A stretch of DNA of 42,129 nt from Candidatus Eiseniibacteriota bacterium (GCA_031364845.1 JANLWX010000205.1:1-42129); one strand, 5' to 3'. Shown: positions 29,585 to 40,388, numbered from the stretch's first letter. Made by a program: numbers and translations. Notes: a model not told the origin generated them from the sequence alone.

Positions 29585-30853
29585 CTATTCGTAACGCAGG
29601 GAATCGACCGGATCAAGGCGTGAAGCACGCATGGCCGGGTAGAGCCCGAAGAACACTCCGACCGCCGCCGAGAACAAGAGCCCGGTGATGACCGACCACA
29701 GCGAGACATAGGAAGGCAGCGGACTCAGCGCCTTGACCAGCCACGCGATGCTCGAACCGAGGATGATCCCGAACACGCCCCCGGCGGCCGTGAGCAGCAC
29801 GGCCTCGACCAGGAACTGCATGAGGATCGCGCGGCGCGGCGCGCCGAGCGCCTTGCGCACGCCGATCTCACGGGTGCGTTCGGTCACCGCGACCAGCATG
29901 ATGTTCATCACGCCGATGCCGCCGACCAGCAGCGAGATCGAGGAGATCAGCGTCATCAGCGCCACGATCCCACCGGTCACGGTCTGATAGAGCTGCAGGA
30001 ATGCGTCGTCGGTGAACACGACGAAGTTGTTCGCCTTGTTGCTCGGCAGATGCCGGCGGATGCGGAGCACTTCGGTGATCTGGCGCTGGGCGACGTCGTT
30101 CTGTTCCGGACTGAACGCGATCGCGTCGAGGAACAGCTCCCCGCGCTTGGGGAACCACGGCGGCGCGTCATCGGGTGCCGGGTAGTACTTGTCGATCGTC
30201 GAGTACGGAATCACCGCGACCTCGTCGAAGTTGTTGCCGAGCATGCGGCCTTTCATTTCGAACTCGCCGATCACGGTGAACGGAATCGCCCCGATGTGGA
30301 CCTTCTTGCCGAGCGCGCTCGCATTGCCGAACAGCGCCTCGCGCGTGTCCTTGCCGATCACCGTGACGTTCGCGCGGCGGTCGACCTCCTCGCGGGTGAA
30401 AAAGCGGCCCTGGCCGAGATCGTAGCCGTGCGTGATGAGGTAGTTCTGATTGGTGCCGAACACGAACGTGGTCTTCGTGAGCTTGTCGCGATGGCGGATG
30501 CGCAGGTCGGCGTAGGGGAATTTGAACGGCGAGATCGTCCGCACGGCGGGCGCCTGCGCGAGAATCGCCTCGGCGTCGTCCATCGTGAACGCCTTGCGCT
30601 GCTTCAGGCTGTCCGGAATCTGCCCGTTGATCTGGATGCCGGGGCGGATGCGGCGGATGTAGATCGTATTGTTGCCGATCGACTGGATGCTCTGCTGGAA
30701 CGAACGCTGGAAGCCATTGATCAGCGACACCATTCCGATCACGGTGCCGACGCCGATCACGATCCCGAGCAGTGCCAGCATCGAGCGCATGCGGTTCGCG
30801 ACCAGCGCGCCGCTCGCCATCTTCACGGTTTCCTGGAACATGCGCAGATTCAT
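29585..30853 (-). CDS. MacB/FtsX-family ABC transporter permease
   Basis: [74 protein letters not shown]. Confidence 0.95.
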   Translation of the reverse strand: MNLRMFQETVKMASGALVANRMRSMLALLGIVIGVGTVIGMVSLINGFQRSFQQSIQSIGNNTIYIRRIRPGIQINGQIPDSLKQRKAFTMDDAEAILAQAPAVRTISPFKFPYADLRIRHRDKLTKTTFVFGTNQNYLITHGYDLGQGRFFTREEVDRRANVTVIGKDTREALFGNASALGKKVHIGAIPFTVIGEFEMKGRMLGNNFDEVAVIPYSTIDKYYPAPDDAPPWFPKRGELFLDAIAFSPEQNDVAQRQITEVLRIRRHLPSNKANNFVVFTDDAFLQLYQTVTGGIVALMTLISSISLLVGGIGVMNIMLVAVTERTREIGVRKALGAPRRAILMQFLVEAVLLTAAGGVFGIILGSSIAWLVKALSPLPSYVSLWSVITGLLFSAAVGVFFGLYPAMRASRLDPVDSLRYE

Positions 30854-30857
30854 GGCA

Positions 30858-32075
30858 TCACTCGTAGCGGAGTGCTTCGATGGGATCGAGGCGCGCCGCG
30901 CGCCATGCGGGATACGAGCCGAAGAAGATTCCGATCAGGCACGACATTGCGATGCCCATGAAGACGGCGGGCAGGCTGACCGCGGCAGGCAACGGACTGA
31001 CCGCTCCGACCAGCAGTGCCAATCCCACGCCGAGTGTGATCCCGAGCAGCCCGCCCGCGAGCGACAGCGTGGTCGACTCGGTGAGGAACTGGACCAGGAT
31101 GTCTTTGCGGCGCGCGCCGAGCGCCTTGCGGATACCGATCTCGCGCGTGCGCTCGGTCACCGACACCAGCATGATGTTCATGATCACGATGCCGCCGACC
31201 AGCAGCGAGATCGCCGCCACGCCGATCGACACCACGAAGATCCCGCCGGTGAGATTGTTGTAGAACTCGAGCCACGTGTCCGCCGTCGTGATCGCGAAGT
31301 TGTCGGGCTTGCCAGGGGCGAGATGGCGCCGTCCGCGCATGATGTTGCGGACCTCCTGCTGCGCGGTCGGCAGCGAAGCCTGATCGACGCTCTTGATCGC
31401 AACTTCGATCGATCCGCGCTCGCGCTTGAACTTGACGAACGTCCGGATCGGGATCACGACGAAGCGATCCTGACTCTGACCGAGCAACTTGCCCTTGCGC
31501 GCGGTCACGCCGACCACTTCGAACGTCTGCTCACCGACGCGCACCGAGCGGCCGATCGGATCGAGGCCCGGGAACAGATCGTCGGAAACTTCGGGGCCGA
31601 TCACGGCCACCGTGCGCCGGCGCTGGTCGTCGATCTCGCTCAGATGGCGGCCGTCGGCGATGGTGAGGTCGTCGATGATCTCGTAGCCGGGACTGCGCCC
31701 ACGGATGTCGGCGCCGTTCACCCGTTGCTGGCGAAATCGCACCGTCTCGCGTGAATTGGCCTGCGCGATGACGAGTGCGGCGCTCTTGACTCCGAGCCGC
31801 AGGATGTCGGCATCGTCGGCCGTGACGTCCGGATTCTTCTGCGCCTCCTCGTAGGCTTCCTGGCTCGTGATGAATCCCCACTTGTCGAGCACGAACGTGT
31901 TCGATCCTGCCTGGATGAGCTTGTCGGACACGAAGCGGTTGAGGCCCTCGACGAACGACACGACCGCGATCACCGACGCCACCCCGATGATGGTGCCGAG
32001 CAAGGTCAGGAACGAGCGCAGCTTGTTCGCGCGGATCGCCCCGAGGGCGATTCCCGAACTCTCGCGGAGGTTCAT
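30858..32075 (-). CDS. MacB/FtsX-family ABC transporter permease
   Basis: [63 protein letters not shown]. Confidence 0.95.
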   Translation of the reverse strand: MNLRESSGIALGAIRANKLRSFLTLLGTIIGVASVIAVVSFVEGLNRFVSDKLIQAGSNTFVLDKWGFITSQEAYEEAQKNPDVTADDADILRLGVKSAALVIAQANSRETVRFRQQRVNGADIRGRSPGYEIIDDLTIADGRHLSEIDDQRRRTVAVIGPEVSDDLFPGLDPIGRSVRVGEQTFEVVGVTARKGKLLGQSQDRFVVIPIRTFVKFKRERGSIEVAIKSVDQASLPTAQQEVRNIMRGRRHLAPGKPDNFAITTADTWLEFYNNLTGGIFVVSIGVAAISLLVGGIVIMNIMLVSVTERTREIGIRKALGARRKDILVQFLTESTTLSLAGGLLGITLGVGLALLVGAVSPLPAAVSLPAVFMGIAMSCLIGIFFGSYPAWRAARLDPIEALRYE

Positions 32076-32773
32076 GCCCCGGCCGACACGCGCACGGCGT
32101 TCTGGACGTCGCTCTCGATCTTTCCGTCGCGCATGCGAACGACTCGGTTCGCGTGCGCCGCGATGTCCGGTTCGTGCGTGACGAGGATCACGGTGTTGCC
32201 CTGGGTCCAGATGCGCTCGAACGCCGCCATGATCTCCGCTCCGGTCTGGCTGTCGAGATTGCCGGTCGGTTCGTCGGCGAGGATGATGCTCGGATGGTTG
32301 ACGAGTGCGCGCGCAATCGCGACGCGCTGGCGCTGGCCGCCCGACAGTTCGTTCGGACGATGCTTCATGCGGTCGCCGAGCCCGACCAGCTCGAGCGCCT
32401 CGCGCGCCCGCTTGCGGCGCTCTTCGTGACGCATGCCCGCGTACACCAGCGGCAGCTCCACGTTGTGGAGCGCGTCGGCGCGCGGCAGCAGGTTGAAGGT
32501 CTGGAACACGAAGCCGATCTCCTGATTGCGGATCCGCGCGAGCTCGTCGTCGCTGAGTTTTTCGATCTCGTTGCCTTTCAGCCGGTACGATCCGGCCGTC
32601 GGCGTGTCGAGACAGCCGAGGATATTCATCAGCGTCGATTTACCGGAACCCGACGGACCCATGATCGCGACGTATTCGTTCTGCGCGATGTCGAGGTCCA
32701 CCCCGTTCAGGGCGCGCACCAGTTCCTCGCCCACCTGGTAGACGCGCTGCATGTCGCGGATCTGGATCAGCAT
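32072..32773 (-). CDS. ABC exporter ATP-binding protein (MacB/LolD-type NBD)
   Basis: Start re-called at [57 protein letters not shown]. Confidence 0.95.
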   Translation of the reverse strand: MLIQIRDMQRVYQVGEELVRALNGVDLDIAQNEYVAIMGPSGSGKSTLMNILGCLDTPTAGSYRLKGNEIEKLSDDELARIRNQEIGFVFQTFNLLPRADALHNVELPLVYAGMRHEERRKRAREALELVGLGDRMKHRPNELSGGQRQRVAIARALVNHPSIILADEPTGNLDSQTGAEIMAAFERIWTQGNTVILVTHEPDIAAHANRVVRMRDGKIESDVQNAVRVSAGA

Positions 32774-34065
32774 CAGCCCCTCTTCGCCCCGCGTTTGCCG
32801 CCCGCGGTTTCCTGCTTCACCTTCGTTTCGGGCTTGAGCTCCCGGAGTGCCTTGTAAGGGCCCGAGACGACCTGATCGCCCGGCTTGAGATCGCCGAACA
32901 CCTCGATCATCGTTTCGCTCGCGATGCCGGTACGGACCGGAACGAACCGCGCCACGCCTTCGCGCACCACGAACACGCCCGGGATCTCCCTCTCCTTGCG
33001 TCCCGAAGTGTCCTCGTCTGCCGCGATCGCGTCGCCCTTCTTGGGCTTCGCCGCCTTCTTGTCGGCTTTCTTCGCCGCGCGCTCGAGTTCGCGATCCGTG
33101 CGCACCACGACCGCCTGGATCGGAACTCCGTTGGTACGGCTGTGGGTCGCGGTCTCGATCTCGACATCCGCGGTCATCCCGGGACGCACCGACGGGACGC
33201 TCTCGTCGAACACGACCTTCACCTCGAAATTCGTCTGGCCTTCGGTGGTGAGTGCCGAGCGCTTCGCGGTGTTGCCAATTTCGACCACGGTTCCCGCGAA
33301 CGAAGTGTCGGGCATCGCGTCGACCGTGATCTTCGCCTTCTGACCGACGACCATGTCGACCACGTCGGTCTCGTCGACGTCGGCCCGCACCAGCATCCGG
33401 GACATGTCGGACACGGTGAGAATCTGGGTGCCGGGATTGTTCATGGTGCCCGTGATCACGATCTCGCCCTGTTCGACGTTGAGCGCGCTCACCACACCGT
33501 CGATCGGAGCCTCGAAACGGCCCTTGCGCAGGTGGTCCTGGGCGCCGTCGAGTGCCGCGCGGCTGCGCGCCACTTCTTCGCGCGCCGTGGTCACCGCGAT
33601 CTCCGCGATGTCGTGGGTGCGCGACGCCTGATCCCACTCCGCCTGCGACAGCAGATTTTTCTCGAACAGCGCGCGCTGACGCGTGTAGTTCGACTTGACG
33701 ACCTTGAGCGCCGCCTCGGCGTCACGAGCCCGCGCGGTGGCCGTCGCCAGCGCCGCGCGTGCCTGGCCGTTCTCGGCGCGAACCTGGCTGTCGTCGAGTT
33801 GCAGCATGAGCTGCCCGCGCTTGACGACATCCCCTTCCTTCACGAGCAGCCGCACGACCTTGCCCGGGATGTCGGCGCTGATCTTCACCTGGGTTCGGGG
33901 TTCGATCTTGCCCGGCGCGCGCACCAGCGACGTGATGTCCTCGACGCGCACGCGAGCCATCTGCACCGGCTCCGCCTTGCCCTTGCTGCCGCGGGCGATG
34001 TTGATCGCCACCACAGCCACCAGCAGTGCCGCGCCGATCCCGATCCACAGCCATTTCTTCTTCAT
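32773..34065 (-). CDS. Periplasmic adaptor / membrane fusion protein (MacA/HlyD family)
   Basis: N-terminal [20 protein letters not shown], coiled-coil hairpin, [20 protein letters not shown]. Confidence 0.93.
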   Translation of the reverse strand: MKKKWLWIGIGAALLVAVVAINIARGSKGKAEPVQMARVRVEDITSLVRAPGKIEPRTQVKISADIPGKVVRLLVKEGDVVKRGQLMLQLDDSQVRAENGQARAALATATARARDAEAALKVVKSNYTRQRALFEKNLLSQAEWDQASRTHDIAEIAVTTAREEVARSRAALDGAQDHLRKGRFEAPIDGVVSALNVEQGEIVITGTMNNPGTQILTVSDMSRMLVRADVDETDVVDMVVGQKAKITVDAMPDTSFAGTVVEIGNTAKRSALTTEGQTNFEVKVVFDESVPSVRPGMTADVEIETATHSRTNGVPIQAVVVRTDRELERAAKKADKKAAKPKKGDAIAADEDTSGRKEREIPGVFVVREGVARFVPVRTGIASETMIEVFGDLKPGDQVVSGPYKALRELKPETKVKQETAGGKRGAKRG

Positions 34066-34102
34066 GAACCGCGCTCCTTGTCGACGTGCCCGAGGGGACC
34101 GG

Positions 34103-35497
34103 CTAGTTGCCGCTTCCGCGCACGCGCTCGATGAATGCTTCGGCGACTCTCATGGCGGCGAGCGCCGAGACGGCGTCGCTGCGAGCCCGCTGCAGCTGAA
34201 CTTCGGCATCGATCAGTTCCAGGATCGTGGCCGAACCCACGTTGTATTTCTGCTGGGTCAGGTTGAGATTCTCGGTCGCCGACTCCACCGCCCGACGGGC
34301 GACGATGTCGCGCTCGATCGCTTCCTGGTAGCCGAGCAGCGTGGCGTGAACTTCGCTGGCAAGATTGCGCCGCAGCGCGTCGCGCGATTCCTTCGCGCGG
34401 ATCTGGCGCGCCTTCGCCGATGCCGAGCGCGAGTCCTTGCCGAACCCGTCGAAGATGTCGAGATTGAGCGCGACCGCGCCACGCCATTCGCGGTCACTCT
34501 CCGACTGTGAGCCGCTCTGGGCGACGCTCGGAGCGCCGGCGGAATCGAATCCCGCGATCGTCGCGAGTTGCGAGCTCTTCGGATTGAACGTGACATCGCC
34601 GCTCACCGTCACGTAAGGCAGGCGCGCGAACCGGCTCGCGGTCACCCCGCCGTTCGCCGCGCGAAGCTCGGCATCGGCCGCTTTGAGATCCGGACGGTTC
34701 CGCGAAGCCTCTTCGAGCAACACGGCCTCGTCGTACGCGCGCGGCTCTGCCGTGAGCACGGTGTCGACCGCGCCGAGTTCGGCCTCCGGCAGTCCGATCT
34801 GCTGCGCGAGGTTCACGCGCGCGACGGTGACGCTCTGGCTGAAACTCAGGGAATCGAATTCGCTCTGCGCGGTGCGCACCTGCGCCTTCAGCAGATCGCT
34901 CTTCGAAACCGACCCGACCTCGAACAGCGCGCGAACGCGGCGCTCGTCGTCACGCGCGACCCGCAGGGCGCCGCCGGCGACGTTCGAGAGGTGCACTGCC
35001 TTCACCACATCGTAGAAACGCCGGCGGGTTTCGAGTGCCACATCGTGACGCGTGGAGGCCCGGCGCAGGTTCGCCGCCTTCACACCCTGGCGCGCGGCCG
35101 TGAACGACGAGATCGCGGACAGATCGAGGATCGACCACGACCCTGAAATCGAAGGTGACGTCGAATAACTCTCGACGTCGATCGTGCCGGGACCCGAGAC
35201 CAGCTTGCCGCCGACGAACCGCACTTCGCCCGCCCGCAGCGACTGATTGTCCGTGAACGCTCCCGAGCGGGAGACGCTCGCGGTCACCCGCGGCAGCATG
35301 CCGGAAGCCGCCCCATAGACGCCGCTGCGAGCATCGAGCACGTCGGCCGCCGACGTCACGATCTGAGAATTGCGCGTCAACGCGATCTCCACCGCCCGGT
35401 CGGCGGTCAGCGGCTGAGCCACCGCCATGGGGACCAGGGAACCGATTGCGATCGTGGCGCACAGCATTCCCGCGAACGTGCGGGTCATCGTCGTCAT
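34103..35497 (-). CDS. TolC-family outer membrane channel
   Basis: Start re-called at MTTMTRTF after GGAGG; signal peptide; two repeats FEVGSVSKSDLLKA / YNVGSATILELIDA; NRPDLKAA. Confidence 0.92.
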   Translation of the reverse strand: MTTMTRTFAGMLCATIAIGSLVPMAVAQPLTADRAVEIALTRNSQIVTSAADVLDARSGVYGAASGMLPRVTASVSRSGAFTDNQSLRAGEVRFVGGKLVSGPGTIDVESYSTSPSISGSWSILDLSAISSFTAARQGVKAANLRRASTRHDVALETRRRFYDVVKAVHLSNVAGGALRVARDDERRVRALFEVGSVSKSDLLKAQVRTAQSEFDSLSFSQSVTVARVNLAQQIGLPEAELGAVDTVLTAEPRAYDEAVLLEEASRNRPDLKAADAELRAANGGVTASRFARLPYVTVSGDVTFNPKSSQLATIAGFDSAGAPSVAQSGSQSESDREWRGAVALNLDIFDGFGKDSRSASAKARQIRAKESRDALRRNLASEVHATLLGYQEAIERDIVARRAVESATENLNLTQQKYNVGSATILELIDAEVQLQRARSDAVSALAAMRVAEAFIERVRGSGN

Positions 35498-35577
35498 GCA
35501 TCCTCCGTGATTGATTCGTCTCCCGGACAAGCCCGGTCTCTCGTGCACTACGCATTCATTCGAAGAAGGTTTCAAGT

Positions 35578-36324
35578 TCATGACGCCGGCACCTGGAGGG
35601 AAGCCATCGCCGCGCCGAAACACAGCAGCAACAGATAGAGTCCGCCGATCACCCATGCCGAACTCTTGCGCGGAGCACCCGACATCACCGAAGCGCCGAT
35701 CGCGAGCACCGCGACGTACCAGATGGCGAGCGGTCCGATGCCGTCGAGGAACACCCCGAGCCCGGTCATCAATCGCGAGGGCGTTTCGGACGGCGGCAAC
35801 AGGATTCCGAATCCGACGTGCGCCGCCTGGAAGTCCTCTTTGACCCACGCGAGGATGCCGGTCAGGAGCACCCCCGGCAGCGAGATGAGCGATGACCACG
35901 CCGCGACTTCGAGCGCCCAGCGATATTTCATCTTGTGGCCGAGCACGAACGACATCCCGAACCAGATCGCGAGTGCCAGTCCGAGCAGCAGCACGATGCT
36001 CATGATGAATTGCTGAACGGTGAAGAACCCCAATCCCGCGGGACCCGACATCATCTCCACCATGCGGTCGTAACTCTCGGCCGGCATCTCGCCAGATTCG
36101 ACCTTGCTCTCCCACTGTGCGGTGATCAGAGGCAGGAATGCGCGACGATAAATGGCCCCCATGATCACCGTATTGGCGATCGCGAAGATCAGCATCGGAA
36201 ACCAGAACTGAGCCCGCTCGCGCAGGCCGCTCCACGCCGAGGCGGGCCGCGCGTAGATTGCGACGAGACGTTGAAGGGGCGACAGCGAGGGACCGGGCGT
36301 CGGCTCCGGAGCGGGCGTATCCAA
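35578..36324 (-). CDS. Yip1-domain-like multi-pass membrane protein
   Basis: TTG start with AGGAGG; RLVAIYARPASAWSGL...W, about five TM segments, PLAIWY; first gene of the exporter operon. Confidence 0.75.
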   Translation of the reverse strand: MDTPAPEPTPGPSLSPLQRLVAIYARPASAWSGLRERAQFWFPMLIFAIANTVIMGAIYRRAFLPLITAQWESKVESGEMPAESYDRMVEMMSGPAGLGFFTVQQFIMSIVLLLGLALAIWFGMSFVLGHKMKYRWALEVAAWSSLISLPGVLLTGILAWVKEDFQAAHVGFGILLPPSETPSRLMTGLGVFLDGIGPLAIWYVAVLAIGASVMSGAPRKSSAWVIGGLYLLLLCFGAAMASLQVPAS

Positions 36325-36372
36325 AGGGGGGCCTCCTGCGTACGGGGACCATGGAGTTCGGATCGACCTCGC

Positions 36373-36402
36373 AGGTTATGGAAAGACCGCGACCCCCGTC
36401 AA
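36373..36402 (-). promoter_or_regulatory. sigma70-type promoter of the exporter operon
   Basis: Minus strand TTGACG-N18-TAACCT. Confidence 0.68.
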
Positions 36403-36428
36403 CGCGACTGGACGAGCGCGGTAATTGG

Positions 36429-36472
36429 TCCCCCTGGCGCGGAAGGGCAACGTACCCTCCCGCGTCAGGGGA
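36429..36472 (-). terminator. Long hairpin after the second tonB
   Basis: Imperfect inverted repeat CCCCTGGCGCGG...CCGCGTCAGGGG about 10 nt after the stop; no strong U tract. Confidence 0.5.
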
Positions 36473-36482
36473 ACGCGCCCGA

Positions 36483-37211
36483 CTAGTGGAGTCGGAAACG
36501 GAACGGGATGAGTACCCACACCGCCACCGTCCTCCCGTCGACGCGCGCGGGATCGAACGTCCAGCGGCGGACGGCTTCAAGCGCCGTCCCGTCGAGCAGC
36601 GGAACGGATCGCACGACGTTGGCCTCCTCCACCTTTCCGTCGCGCCCGATGAGCGCGCGGACCACGACCAGACCCTCGATCTGGGCCTCGCGGGCGAAGG
36701 GCGGATAGAGGGGTTCCGGTCCAATCCGAACCCGGGGTTGCTGATCCACTTCATGCACTTCGTACGGACGATCCACCGCGGGTATCACAGCGGTCGGAGG
36801 AGCCAGGGGGCCGACACCTTCCGTCGTGCCGGTCTGCGTTCCCGAATCAGTGCCCTCGACTCCGGTACCCGCGTCGACTCGTGCTTCCGGCGGCGGCGCG
36901 AGGTCATCGCGCACAGGTTCCGGACGGGCATCGGGCGACGACGCCTTCGCGGCCGGCTCCTTGAGCCGCAGCGCAGGTTGCAGCGGAGGAGTCTCGGGGA
37001 TCCTGTCGATCGTAAACACGCTCGATAGGATCGGCGGCACCGGAGCCGTCTTGAACGCACCGTTCAACGCGAGGATGGCGAGGACCGCGAAGGCCACCGA
37101 CCACCCGAGCGCGCCGGTCATCACCGCGCGAGCGAGATGGACGGGACCGCTTTCGATCAGTTCCGGAGCCCCGTAAGGCATGAATTCGAACAACGGGACG
37201 CGCGTGCGCAT
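36483..37211 (-). CDS. tonB: Energy transducer TonB (paralogue 2)
   Basis: Start re-called at MRTRVPLFEFMPYGAPEL; TM, Pro-rich linker, PLYPPFAREAQIEGLVVVRALIGRDGKV...WTFDPA...PFRF. Confidence 0.88.
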   Translation of the reverse strand: MRTRVPLFEFMPYGAPELIESGPVHLARAVMTGALGWSVAFAVLAILALNGAFKTAPVPPILSSVFTIDRIPETPPLQPALRLKEPAAKASSPDARPEPVRDDLAPPPEARVDAGTGVEGTDSGTQTGTTEGVGPLAPPTAVIPAVDRPYEVHEVDQQPRVRIGPEPLYPPFAREAQIEGLVVVRALIGRDGKVEEANVVRSVPLLDGTALEAVRRWTFDPARVDGRTVAVWVLIPFRFRLH

Positions 37212-37300
37212 GCGAACTCCCACCCCGGTCGAATCCGCGCGACGACGCCAGGCGTCACGCATCCCCGCGCCCGAGCGGCGCGAGCCCTGCACCAGCACTG

Positions 37301-37334
37301 AAAAGGAGCGTCCCTCGGAGGCCGGGGGACGCTC
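37301..37334 (-). terminator. Rho-independent terminator after the first tonB
   Basis: Minus strand GAGCGTCCC-N11-GGGACGCTC followed by CTTTT. Confidence 0.75.
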
Positions 37335-37400
37335 TCGTCACAATCATCGACACGCTGCAACTCGGCGATCGGGGAACTTTCCCCGGAGGCCGACATTCGA

Positions 37401-38123
37401 CTAGTGCAGGCTGAACCGCACCGGCACGGCAACCCACACCGCGACCGGCTTGTTGTTCGACAGCGCGGGCTTGAACACCCACTGCTTCACGGCCGCGATC
37501 GCGTTGGCTTCGAGCATCGGAACGGTCTTGCCGGGAACAACGCGCGTATCCTTCACCCGGCCGTCCTTGCCGACCAGCGCCTGAATCAACACAGTGCCAT
37601 CGACGCCGGCTTCACGCGCCATGTCTGGATACACCGGCTGCACCTTGGTGATGGCTTCAGGCAACTCTTCGACGTAGACGTACTCGCCGAACTTCGGAAG
37701 CTCGTCTTCGGACGGAGGCGCCACGACGATGTTGTCGCCAGTGGCTTCCATTCCCGGAGTCGCCGTCGCGATTTCCTCCTGCGATGCGATCGTCTGCTCG
37801 GGCGGCGCCTCGGCATCCGGAACCGGAACGGCGACACCGACCGTGGGCGGAGCCACCGGCAGCGCGATCGCCACCTGCGGCGGAGGTGCGGCATCGGTCA
37901 GCGGCGGCGGGGCCTGCATCTCGCGGTAGGGAACCACGATCACGCTGGTTTCCTTGGGCCGGCTGCGCAGAAACGCGCTCGTTCCCAACGTCAGCATGAA
38001 CAGGATGATCCACAACGCGGACCCGACCATGACGGCCCGGACCATGTATTTGCGGGCGACTTCCTTGAGCTCCGGTGCCCCGTAGGGCATGAACTGGTAG
38101 AGCGAAACGGAAGGATTGCTCAC
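37401..38123 (-). CDS. tonB: Energy transducer TonB (paralogue 1)
   Basis: LYQFMPYGAPEL, TM, Pro-rich linker, PVYPDMAREAGVDGTV...WVFKPA...VPVRF. Confidence 0.92.
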   Translation of the reverse strand: MSNPSVSLYQFMPYGAPELKEVARKYMVRAVMVGSALWIILFMLTLGTSAFLRSRPKETSVIVVPYREMQAPPPLTDAAPPPQVAIALPVAPPTVGVAVPVPDAEAPPEQTIASQEEIATATPGMEATGDNIVVAPPSEDELPKFGEYVYVEELPEAITKVQPVYPDMAREAGVDGTVLIQALVGKDGRVKDTRVVPGKTVPMLEANAIAAVKQWVFKPALSNNKPVAVWVAVPVRFSLH

Positions 38124-38620
38124 AGCGCTTCCACCTCCGCGCGTTCCTCAGGAGTCAGCGTGCTCAATGAGAAGCGCGTCAGGCTCGCGCCATCCAACTC
38201 GTCGATGACGTCCACCATGTTGTTGAACTTGGCCTCGCGGTCGATCTTGATGACCACGACGAGATCCTTGTTGGCTTGGAATGGTGCCAAAACCTGCTTC
38301 AACCCGGCGACCGATGAGCGCGCCCACGGCACGTCCTTGCCCCCGCGCTTCCAGAACACGCGATCGTCGCTCACCACCCAGAGGCTCATCACCTTCGACT
38401 CGGCGATCTCGATCTTCACGTCTTCGTCCGGCGGCAGGTTGATCTCCAGCGCCTGGGGAGTACGGAACACCGTGGTCACCATGAAGAAGATGAGCAGCAG
38501 GAAGGCGACGTCCACCATCGGCGTCATATCGATTCGAATGCCGAGACGGCGCTTCGGGCGTTTCGCGCCCTTACCCTTCTTGGCTTTACTTTTTCGTTCA
38601 GGAGTATCGACTGCACCCAC
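38120..38620 (-). CDS. exbD: Biopolymer transport protein ExbD/TolR family
   Basis: IDMTPMVDVAFLLLIFFMVTT (conserved TM Asp), IKIDREAKFNNMVDVIDEL. Confidence 0.93.
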   Translation of the reverse strand: MGAVDTPERKSKAKKGKGAKRPKRRLGIRIDMTPMVDVAFLLLIFFMVTTVFRTPQALEINLPPDEDVKIEIAESKVMSLWVVSDDRVFWKRGGKDVPWARSSVAGLKQVLAPFQANKDLVVVIKIDREAKFNNMVDVIDELDGASLTRFSLSTLTPEERAEVEAL

Positions 38621-38634
38621 GGGAACTCACCTCC

Positions 38635-39132
38635 TCAGGGTCCTTCGTTGCCCCGGCGCTTGAACAAGCCGCCCTTGGCCTCGAGATCCGTCTGCACGTT
38701 GAAGCGCGGCGCCTTCGCCTGCTGGAATGCCGGCATCAGATCCGCCATCACCCCGTACGGCGCGTCCTTGTCCATCTTGACGATCATGTAGGCCGCGGGA
38801 TTCGCCGCGCGCGCCGTCGACAGCACTCCGGGCATCTGCTCCTTGAGCGTCGCGGGCGCCAGTTCCTGCGTGATCTCCTCGCCACCCTTGCGGTAGATCA
38901 CGCGCACCAGCGGCTGATTGCCGTACTCCGGCTTCTTCGCCGTCACCGCGATCGTGATGATGTTCGATTCGGGTGACTTCGACTCGGAGTTCGACTCGGG
39001 CAGCGTGATCTTGTCCTTCTCCGGCGGCTTGAAGACGGTCGTCAGCATGAAGAAGATCAGCAGCAGAAACGCGACATCGACCATGGGCGTCATGTCGATC
39101 GCGATTCCGATGCGGCGTTTCTTCTTGAGCAT
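38635..39132 (-). CDS. exbD: Biopolymer transport protein ExbD/TolR family
   Basis: IDMTPMVDVAFLLLIFFMLTT, VKMDKDAPYGVMADLM. Confidence 0.93.
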   Translation of the reverse strand: MLKKKRRIGIAIDMTPMVDVAFLLLIFFMLTTVFKPPEKDKITLPESNSESKSPESNIITIAVTAKKPEYGNQPLVRVIYRKGGEEITQELAPATLKEQMPGVLSTARAANPAAYMIVKMDKDAPYGVMADLMPAFQQAKAPRFNVQTDLEAKGGLFKRRGNEGP

Positions 39133-39135
39133 GGC

Positions 39136-39876
39136 CTACCGCTTGTCCGATGCCGAGGCCGTCAGCAGCTGGATCGTCTCGTAGGACGCCTCGTCCATCA
39201 TGTAGTTGAAGTTGTCGACGCGGGTCACGAACACGTTGTAGGCGACGATGCCCGCGATCGCGACGATCAGTCCGCCGGCCGTGTTGATGAGCGCTTCGGA
39301 GATACCGACTGCCAGCTTCGAAGCGTCGACCGCGCCCGTGTGGCCAAGTGCGGCGAACGAGCGGATCATTCCGATCACCGTGCCGAGCAGTCCGACCATC
39401 GTTCCGATCGAGGCGATCGTCGACAGCGCGGTCAGGTTGCGCTCGAGCAGCGGGACCTCGAGACCGTTAGCTTCCTGGATCGCGGTCTGCGTCTCGGCGA
39501 CGATCTTCTCTTTCGGCGCGCCTTCTGCGCGCATCTGCTGATACCGCTCGAGCCCGGCGCGGATCACGTTCGCCGCGGAGCCGCGCTGACGCGAGCACGC
39601 TTCGATCGCGCCGTCGATGTCTCCGGCGTGCAGCCGCTTACGTACGTTGTTCAGGAATACGGGAAGCGATCCACGCCCGGCCGCCTTCTTGAGGCTCCAG
39701 ATCCGCTCGAAGATGAATGCCGTCTGAAGGATGATCAGCAGAATCAGTCCGGCGACCAGCGGTCCGCCTTCCTTCATCTGATTTCCGACCTCACCAATCA
39801 AGGGAAGGTTCCACCACAGCGTGATGGAAATCGCGAGCGCCGCAATGAAACCCAGAGGGACAATGAAACGACTCAT
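39136..39876 (-). CDS. exbB: MotA/TolQ/ExbB proton channel protein
   Basis: LSTIASIGTMVGLLGTVIGMIRSF, LAVGISEALINTAGGL. Confidence 0.95.
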   Translation of the reverse strand: MSRFIVPLGFIAALAISITLWWNLPLIGEVGNQMKEGGPLVAGLILLIILQTAFIFERIWSLKKAAGRGSLPVFLNNVRKRLHAGDIDGAIEACSRQRGSAANVIRAGLERYQQMRAEGAPKEKIVAETQTAIQEANGLEVPLLERNLTALSTIASIGTMVGLLGTVIGMIRSFAALGHTGAVDASKLAVGISEALINTAGGLIVAIAGIVAYNVFVTRVDNFNYMMDEASYETIQLLTASASDKR

Positions 39877-40032
39877 GTCTGGATCTACCTCCGTGCCCTC
39901 AGCCCGTGCTCTGAACGCAGACTGGAGCGGTTCATGATCGAGGCAGGCGTTCCCGATTCCACCTGCCGGTGGAACTGCCGATGCCGGCTTGCGCCGGCGC
40001 TAGTACTCGGTAGACCGGATGCGCCTCGCGGC

Positions 40033-40374
40033 TCACCCGGCGTATGCCGCCACGGCCTCGTCTTCGGACTCGTGATGGTCGAACACCATGATCAGCTTCG
40101 TCATGGTGAACAGGTCCTTGAGCCGCTTGCCGAGACCGCACAGCTTGATCTCGCCTCCGCGGCTCTTGTAGTTCGTGTATCCCCGCATCAGCACGCCGAT
40201 CGCGATCGAATTGAGCGACGTGCATTCGTTCATGTTGAGCACCAGCCGGGTGTTGCCCGCCGCGGCCTCGTCCAGGATCGCCTTCTGCAACTCATCGGTT
40301 TCCTTGTCGCCGAAGAATCCGCCCTTCGGATACAGGATCACGATACTCCGCACCTCGCGCCGCCGAATCGCCAA
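40033..40374 (-). CDS. STAS-domain protein (anti-sigma factor antagonist-like)
   Basis: Start re-called at TTG 40374 after AGGGAGGG; LVLNMNECTSLNSIAIGVLM...GGEIKLC...LFTMTKL...VFD. Confidence 0.88.
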   Translation of the reverse strand: MAIRRREVRSIVILYPKGGFFGDKETDELQKAILDEAAAGNTRLVLNMNECTSLNSIAIGVLMRGYTNYKSRGGEIKLCGLGKRLKDLFTMTKLIMVFDHHESEDEAVAAYAG

Positions 40375-40388
40375 AGGCCGTCCCTCCC

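Noticed and set aside
34103..36754. 883-aa extended TolC ORF and other over-long starts in the ORF track (e.g. 11818, 21668, 22843, 33637)
   Set aside because: The extensions overlap neighbouring genes; downstream starts have RBSs, stop-start overlaps or signal peptides
39957..39974. Palindrome TTCCACC-N4-GGTGGAA upstream of exbB
   Set aside because: Single occurrence, no U tract and no match to an operator I recognise; could be chance
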